A stretch of 32,000 nucleotides of DNA from Candidatus Saccharimonadota bacterium (GTDB lineage Bacteria > Pseudomonadota > Alphaproteobacteria > CAJXXZ01 > 1604HC): positions 570,001-602,000 of the forward strand of contig NZ_CP043314.1 in NCBI RefSeq assembly GCF_008189525.1, written 5' to 3'. The notes below the pieces were generated by a model, which was given only the letters and a program-made list of their open reading frames with translations, did no database searches and had not been told where the DNA came from. A program made the position numbers and the translations under genes. Positions 26,842 to 32,000 of this stretch are shown piece after piece (the first letter of the stretch is position 1; every line of letters begins with the position of its first letter).

Positions 26842-29414
26842 TAGTTTATTTTTACCATTGAACCCTTTATATTAGCAATTGTGTCTGCCTTTAAATCCAA
26901 TTTAGCTCCTTTTATAGACACTCCCGCTTTTCCTTCTATTGAAACTTGTCCCGAAGATTTCAAGCTTATATTAGCATTCGAAGAAATTTCTACAGATTTG
27001 CTAGATTCCATATTAATTCCATCTGCAGAAATTTTTATAGCACCTCCACTTATAGATATTGTATAATCACCAGACTTTATACTAATTGACTTGTTCCCTT
27101 TTATATCAGATTTAAAGTCCCCACTTGATAATGAAATTGATAAATCACCTTTTTCTAATGTTGTACTCAAATTTCCTGAAGCCAATTTCATATCCAAATT
27201 ACCTTTTTCTATTTCGTTAGAAATATTTCCTTCTGTGATTTTCTCTATCAAATCACCTTTGGAGATTTCTATTTTATGATGTGATTTCTCATCTCCCTTG
27301 GATAATAGAGAAATTTCCTTGCTCCCTTTTTCTAGTGTTATTTTATAATCACCCTGCTTTTCATCATCTTCAGCTAGAGTGCTTATTTCTATATTTCCAT
27401 TATTTACCTGCGTATCAATATCCCCTTGTTTTACAAGCAAAATTTTGTCATTTTCTATTTCTGTAAGTAAATCTTTCTGTGCATGGATATAAATTTGCTC
27501 TTCTTCAGCTTTATCAGATATAGTAATTTCATTGAATCCAAAATCTTCTTTTTCATCATCAATTGTTTTGGTTCTCAATCCAGTTTTATGAGAATCATCT
27601 GGCAAATCATATGGATTAGAATTTATGCTATTAAATACCGTACCTATAACAATAGGGTTGTCTGGATTTCCATTTTCATAAGTAACTATTACTTCTTGTC
27701 CAACTCTAGGTATGTAAGAGCCTCCAAATCCAGCGCCTGATCCTCCCCATTGTGCGACTCTCACCCAGCAAGATCTTTCAGAATAAGAAAGCGTATCATC
27801 GTTGTCCCAGTTGAATTTTATTTTCACTCTACCTAAGTCATCAGTGTTGATTTCTGCATTATCAGGCCCTACCACAATAGCAGATTGATATCCTAATATT
27901 TGTCTTTTTACTTTAGGAAGCACTTTAAAAACTGTATTCTCTTTCAGGAAAATAGATTCATTTACATAAGAATATTCAAACCCACTTACTTGACCAGCTT
28001 TGCTTTTTATATTTTGTTGTTTGTACAAAGGGTCAGTTAACGACTCTTCTGCCATTTCTGGGTTTTTCAAAAACAGTTTATGCTTAGTTTTTCTAGCATA
28101 GTATTTATTATCTATGACTTCTTTTACCTGATCAGGAAGATCTCTTTTTGATGCTGCTTTAACATCTGATTTAATTTTTTTTATTTTACTTTTCTTTTCA
28201 GTTTTGTAAACTTTTGTATGTTGATATAAATCTAGGGCAGATTTTAGCTCAAACAAATATCCAGGGCTAATCAAAAAATTACTTGTCACAGACTTATATT
28301 GAGTTTTTACAGACTCTGATGAGTCAGTAATATGCTTTGCATGGTCCTCTGCAGCATCTGGGTCAGTTAATGTTTCGAAGTATTCATTATTTTCAAAGCC
28401 TTCTTCAGCATTTCCCTCATGCTTTTTCTCTTCAACTTTTCCAAGTTTATCGAATTCTACCTCGATACCTGCTTTTTCGTAATTTCGACCTCTTGCCTTT
28501 TGTTTTCCTATCGCATATCTGTTTACTTTTCCCCATGTATCCACAAAAGGGCTGTTTATTTCATCTGATCCCTGTTTAGATAAGAACAAGTTGTCATAAT
28601 TAGCTTCGACCTTGTCATTATCACCTATTTCAATCTTACGTATGCCTGTAATAGGTTCCATTTTGGAAGTGTTATCCTTGAATATGATTTTACTTCCATC
28701 TTTCGCATGTTTATAGTAATAAAATATACCATGATTGCTCAGTAACCTTTGAAAAAACTCATATGTAGTTTCTTCATATTGAACTGCATATTCTATTAAC
28801 GGTCCGTTTGGATTATTTTGAGCTGATTTCACTTTTGCGAAATTAACATCGTACTTTTGCTCAAATTTTACTTTCGTATTCTTGTTATTCTGCATCGCAT
28901 CTTCGATTAGTTTGCTTGCCAGCTCCTTAACACGCATGCCCTTATCCGACACATGTATCTTGTTTTGCCTGCTTTGCATCCTATACCATAATTTTGGTCG
29001 CATCTCGAATTCGTAGTAATATCTTTCATCCTTAAGATCAGTTCCACCTTCGATCCACTCAGTTATAACTCCGTGCCAATATCTTGTTTTACCTTCTGTT
29101 GCCAATGTGACCTTCGGCTCCATACCAACTACGTCGCCATATATCTCTTCCCAAAAGAAACACTTACCTTTTATAGTATAAGGTTCCGATAATTCTTCCT
29201 CTATCTCGAGTTCTTCAATTGTACCGAAATTTGTAAGCGTCATCAGTTTCTGATACGTACCTGCATTTACGTTCCTTACCGTCTCGCCCCACTTCTCATC
29301 GTATATCTGACATATACTTCCTATATCTGGATCGGTAGTTTGAGATTCAGCACTTTTCTGTGCAGAAACTTCACCGTCTTTAGTTTTCTTTTTCTCTTTA
29401 TTTTGTTTAATCAT
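26841..29414 (-). CDS. vgrG: VgrG spike protein (type VI secretion / contractile injection system)
   Basis: 857 aa. The gp27-like part contains YWHGVITEW, YYYEFEMRPKLWY and IEYAVQYEETTYEFFQRLLSNHGIFYYYKH (compare canonical REYCVQYxESDxxFxxRLLEEEGIxYxFEH). The gp5 OB-fold part contains CWVRVAQWGGSGAGFGGSYIPRVGQEVIVTYENGNPDNPIVIGTVFN. The C-terminal ~200 aa form an 8-residue-periodic beta-helix (KGDLSISLSSGDFKSDIKGNKSISIKSGDYTISISGG) ending in GSMVKIN. There is no toxin extension. Confidence 0.9.
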   Translation of the reverse strand: MIKQNKEKKKTKDGEVSAQKSAESQTTDPDIGSICQIYDEKWGETVRNVNAGTYQKLMTLTNFGTIEELEIEEELSEPYTIKGKCFFWEEIYGDVVGMEPKVTLATEGKTRYWHGVITEWIEGGTDLKDERYYYEFEMRPKLWYRMQSRQNKIHVSDKGMRVKELASKLIEDAMQNNKNTKVKFEQKYDVNFAKVKSAQNNPNGPLIEYAVQYEETTYEFFQRLLSNHGIFYYYKHAKDGSKIIFKDNTSKMEPITGIRKIEIGDNDKVEANYDNLFLSKQGSDEINSPFVDTWGKVNRYAIGKQKARGRNYEKAGIEVEFDKLGKVEEKKHEGNAEEGFENNEYFETLTDPDAAEDHAKHITDSSESVKTQYKSVTSNFLISPGYLFELKSALDLYQHTKVYKTEKKSKIKKIKSDVKAASKRDLPDQVKEVIDNKYYARKTKHKLFLKNPEMAEESLTDPLYKQQNIKSKAGQVSGFEYSYVNESIFLKENTVFKVLPKVKRQILGYQSAIVVGPDNAEINTDDLGRVKIKFNWDNDDTLSYSERSCWVRVAQWGGSGAGFGGSYIPRVGQEVIVTYENGNPDNPIVIGTVFNSINSNPYDLPDDSHKTGLRTKTIDDEKEDFGFNEITISDKAEEEQIYIHAQKDLLTEIENDKILLVKQGDIDTQVNNGNIEISTLAEDDEKQGDYKITLEKGSKEISLLSKGDEKSHHKIEISKGDLIEKITEGNISNEIEKGNLDMKLASGNLSTTLEKGDLSISLSSGDFKSDIKGNKSISIKSGDYTISISGGAIKISADGINMESSKSVEISSNANISLKSSGQVSIEGKAGVSIKGAKLDLKADTIANIKGSMVKIN
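28710..29334 (-). repeat. Inner inverted repeat, right arm (codons ~28-235 of full-length vgrG)
   Basis: Partner of 25477-26101. Confidence 0.9.
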
Positions 29415-29419
29415 GCTAT

Positions 29420-31225
29420 TTAAATAAAGTTATCCTTGTTTTTATTTAATTTAGATCTTTTGTTTTTCAACATATATTTATAGATCTGATCCCAGTTTCC
29501 ATTGTTTTTCATATCGTGTTCTGTCTCTGGCTGTTCAATCATAATATATATTTCCTGATTCTTAACCCAATCCATAACAGAATCTTTATCTACCTTATAT
29601 CCATAATCTATGCCTATAGATAGTAATTTAAGTTCAGTAAGTGATGGCAGAGGAATAATTTTCTTGATCCAGTTTCCTATAAATAGCCTTTGCAAGTTTT
29701 TAGGAAGTTTTGACTCTACATCTTCCATGCTTGTCAACAAATTACCAACTGATCTTTTTTCAGATCCACCAAGATGTCTTCTTTGTGTGCTTCCTAAATC
29801 TAACACTTCTAATCTAGAGCACCCAGAAAAATCAGGCATTTCTTTCAATCTTGCATTTGGGATCCTTAACACTTCCAATCTAGGTAGAGATATATCTGTT
29901 TTTAAATATGTATCTGCCATAAATGATGCCACAACCAAATTTGTTAAGCTGTTAAAATTTTCATCTAGCTCTGCAGGAACATGAGCATCTATTTCTTGTA
30001 GATTAGAGCACTTGCTAAATCCATTGCTATACTTTGTTTTTCTTGTTAGCTCTAAATGTCTTAGGTTTTGTAACCCAGATACAGAATTTGGAATCAATGC
30101 AAATCCATCTCCACTTCCATCTACATTAACGGATAATGATCCTAAGTTTTCCATATCTCCCATTTCATATGGCAAATTTATATCTTCCTTTGAATTCAAA
30201 GTTAGTTTTAACTGCAGTTTTTCTAACCCAGGTATCCATTTTAGATTCCTTAAAACATCCAAATCTTCATTTTGCTTATATTCCAATCTAAGTCTTAAGT
30301 CGATTAAATTAGTTGCAAGTCTTATTAATGGGCCAATTTGTTGGTTACATCTAAAGATTTCTACAGAAAATAAATTCAGTTCATCTAATTCTTTAACTGT
30401 TTTTGGAGTTTCACTGTAATCTAATCCGTTATTTATGGATTTTATTCTATTAGTTGAAAACCATCTTGATATTGAATCTTTATCTACCCATTGTTCTACG
30501 TCATTTGTGGTGTTGTTCAAATATTCTATTTTACTATCCAATTCTTTTTTGCTTTTTACTTCTGGTCTAGACTTTTTGTCAACCATATCCTTTGCATCAA
30601 TATAATCATGATAATTAAAGTCATTAACTAAGCTATGCATATTAACTAGAAATGACATAGCAGTGTACAAGTTGTCTCTGGATAAATTTTTATGATAATC
30701 TTCCTCAGAGAATCCTTTTTCTTTTATTAAGCTTAGAACCAGGTTGTAATCTTCTTGATCTTCAGCTGACTCTGCTATTGATTCTACTCTATGCATTTTT
30801 TTGTAATAATTATCTTTAGTCATAAAATCGGATTCTGTTTCTATTATAAATTCCAATTCCATTAAAAGATTTACAACAAAAAACTTCATTTCTGGATTTC
30901 TTCTTAAATCAGATGTATCAACATCATCTAAATCAAATTCTACATGATATGCATCCAAAACCTTTGCTGCTGTTCCATCCGGTTTTTGAGCATCTTTGTA
31001 CTTAAAATGATAAAAACAACCATGTTCGTTAGGGGTGTCGTGTAGTTTAGGGATGTCAACCGTGTTTGTGTGTTGGGCTGTAAGTGCAAGCGTACACAGT
31101 TTCAGTATGTTCCTCATTTTGCTCATGGTGCTTGATTTGCTTGCCTTGTTCGTACTTCCGTTAGCGTTAGCACTCTGTTTTGCACTAGCTCCAGATGTAA
31201 ATTTATCCAAATTACTTGTCATCAT
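29420..31225 (-). CDS. Leucine-rich-repeat protein, paralog 4 (divergent body, same leader and head as paralog 1)
   Basis: 601 aa. The first ~77 aa are near-identical to paralog 1 (MMTSNLDKFTSGASAKQSANANGSTNKASKSSTMSKMRNILKLCTLALTAQHTNTVDIPKLHDTPNEHGCFYHFKY). The rest is only distantly related. LRRs include LRNLKWIPGLEKLQLKL, MGDMENLGSLSVN, VSGLQNLRHLELT, LPRLEVLRIPNARLKEMPDFSGCSRLEVLDLGS. The tail is basic: LKNKRSKLNKNKDNFI. Confidence 0.75.
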   Translation of the reverse strand: MMTSNLDKFTSGASAKQSANANGSTNKASKSSTMSKMRNILKLCTLALTAQHTNTVDIPKLHDTPNEHGCFYHFKYKDAQKPDGTAAKVLDAYHVEFDLDDVDTSDLRRNPEMKFFVVNLLMELEFIIETESDFMTKDNYYKKMHRVESIAESAEDQEDYNLVLSLIKEKGFSEEDYHKNLSRDNLYTAMSFLVNMHSLVNDFNYHDYIDAKDMVDKKSRPEVKSKKELDSKIEYLNNTTNDVEQWVDKDSISRWFSTNRIKSINNGLDYSETPKTVKELDELNLFSVEIFRCNQQIGPLIRLATNLIDLRLRLEYKQNEDLDVLRNLKWIPGLEKLQLKLTLNSKEDINLPYEMGDMENLGSLSVNVDGSGDGFALIPNSVSGLQNLRHLELTRKTKYSNGFSKCSNLQEIDAHVPAELDENFNSLTNLVVASFMADTYLKTDISLPRLEVLRIPNARLKEMPDFSGCSRLEVLDLGSTQRRHLGGSEKRSVGNLLTSMEDVESKLPKNLQRLFIGNWIKKIIPLPSLTELKLLSIGIDYGYKVDKDSVMDWVKNQEIYIMIEQPETEHDMKNNGNWDQIYKYMLKNKRSKLNKNKDNFI

Positions 31226-31283
31226 CCCTCCTGAGATCTTGCAAAGAACTTACCAAAATATACTCTTATACGCAATGTTATGT
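31004..31283 (-). repeat. Outer inverted repeat, right arm
   Basis: Partner of 19436-19717; see that entry. Confidence 0.9.
31227..31232 (-). promoter_or_regulatory. Shine-Dalgarno AGGAGG for LRR paralog 4
   Basis: This is the reverse complement of CCTCCT, immediately upstream of the ATG ATG at 31225-31220, and is a mirror image of 19488-19493. Confidence 0.6.
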
Positions 31284-31347
31284 AAAAGAATGATGATTTG
31301 TAGATTAAAAATTACTTTAGATTATTTAGAGATTTGTTAGGAATGAG

Positions 31348-31419
31348 CTGAGGTACTAGGATTCGAACCTAGGAATGGCGGGATCAAAACCCGCTGCCTT
31401 ACCACTTGGCTATACCTCA
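31348..31419 (-). tRNA. tRNA-Gln (anticodon UUG)
   Basis: 72-nt cloverleaf read from the minus strand. It has acceptor TGAGGTA/TACCTCA, D arm GCCAAGTGGTAAGGC (as in E. coli tRNA-Gln), anticodon stem GCGGG/CCCGC with loop TTTTGAT (anticodon TTG), variable loop CATTC, T arm CTAGG-TTCGAAT-CCTAG and discriminator G. CCA is not encoded. Confidence 0.9.
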
Positions 31420-31628
31420 ATTCAGATTAATAATACATCCAGTTTGTAATTATATCAATAATCGAGAAACACATCACAATCGGTTTTTTCAGCAGTCTTT
31501 ACAAAGGTGAATACTCTATCACAACATTTAAAGCTTAACCCTAAGAAAAAATAACTCCAAATAATCAAACCTCGACTCTCCCTAGCAGTTATTGTCATTA
31601 GAAAAGCAAATCAATTATAATTTTATAA

Positions 31629-32000
31629 ATGAATAAGATAAAATCACTTAAAGTGGCTTCTTGGAACGTGAACTCAGTAAGAGTTAGAGCGCCACTTATA
31701 GAAAAATTAATTAAAGAAGAAGATCCAGATGTAATTCTGTTACAAGAAACAAAATGCGTAGATGCAGATTTTCCAAGAGAATTTTTCCAAGATAGAAGCT
31801 ATGAGCATTTATATATAAGTGGTCAAAAATCTTACAACGGAGTAGCAATAATCTCCAAAATAAAAGCAGATAGCTATAGTACAGATCTAAAAAACAATAC
31901 AGGATCTGAGGCCAGGTACATAGAAGCAGAAATATCTGGCCTTAGAATCGCATCAGCATATGTTCCTTGTGGAAACAAGTCAGATGAAGCATATGAATAT
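31629..32000 (+). CDS. xth: Exodeoxyribonuclease III (Xth/AP endonuclease), N-terminal 124 codons; runs off the window
   Basis: My translation from the ATG at 31629 is MNKIKSLKVASWNVNSVRVRAPLIEKLIKEEDPDVILLQETKCVDADFPREFF...YNGVAIISK. It matches the ExoIII signature (ATWNVNS.R.R......W......PDV.CLQETK). Confidence 0.85.
   Translation, partial: MNKIKSLKVASWNVNSVRVRAPLIEKLIKEEDPDVILLQETKCVDADFPREFFQDRSYEHLYISGQKSYNGVAIISKIKADSYSTDLKNNTGSEARYIEAEISGLRIASAYVPCGNKSDEAYEY

Overview
AT-rich (about 30% G+C by eye) bacterial chromosome segment in the standard genetic code. A PopZ-like protein, an alphaproteobacterial-type L36, a small Rickettsia-like PLD and housekeeping proteins carrying N/K-rich insertions suggest a reduced, probably intracellular alphaproteobacterium; this is inference, not proven. 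Positions 1-19.2 kb and 31.3-32 kb are housekeeping backbone: glmU (partial), dnaA, rpsT, a UvrD-family helicase, ftsQ-like, an HKD/PLD protein, mutS, a TPR-secretin lipoprotein, uppP, dapB, nth, PopZ-like, valS, bamE-like, rpmJ, rpoZ, tRNA-Gln(UUG) and xth (partial). Positions 19.4-31.3 kb are an accessory island made of two convergent modules. The left module (+ strand) has three tandem, mosaic leucine-rich-repeat (LRR) genes followed 4 nt later by a 249-codon copy of only the head of vgrG. The right module (- strand) has a fourth, divergent LRR gene, then 5 nt later a complete 857-codon vgrG (T6SS/contractile-injection spike), then a MORN-repeat gene overlapping it in TAATG. The modules share two nested inverted repeats. 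The outer one (about 280 nt) covers the promoter-proximal leader plus a constant LRR N-terminal head. The inner one (625 nt) is the vgrG head. The two vgrG heads differ at 31 nucleotides by hand alignment, but only 2 codons change amino acid, so the truncated copy is under purifying selection. My main hypothesis is that recombination across the inner repeat moves the single VgrG body and MORN gene between the two LRR effector sets. A second candidate novelty is the constant 43-residue head shared by all four LRR proteins, which could be a delivery or loading tag. No other T6SS core genes, integrase, transposase or CRISPR are visible in the window.
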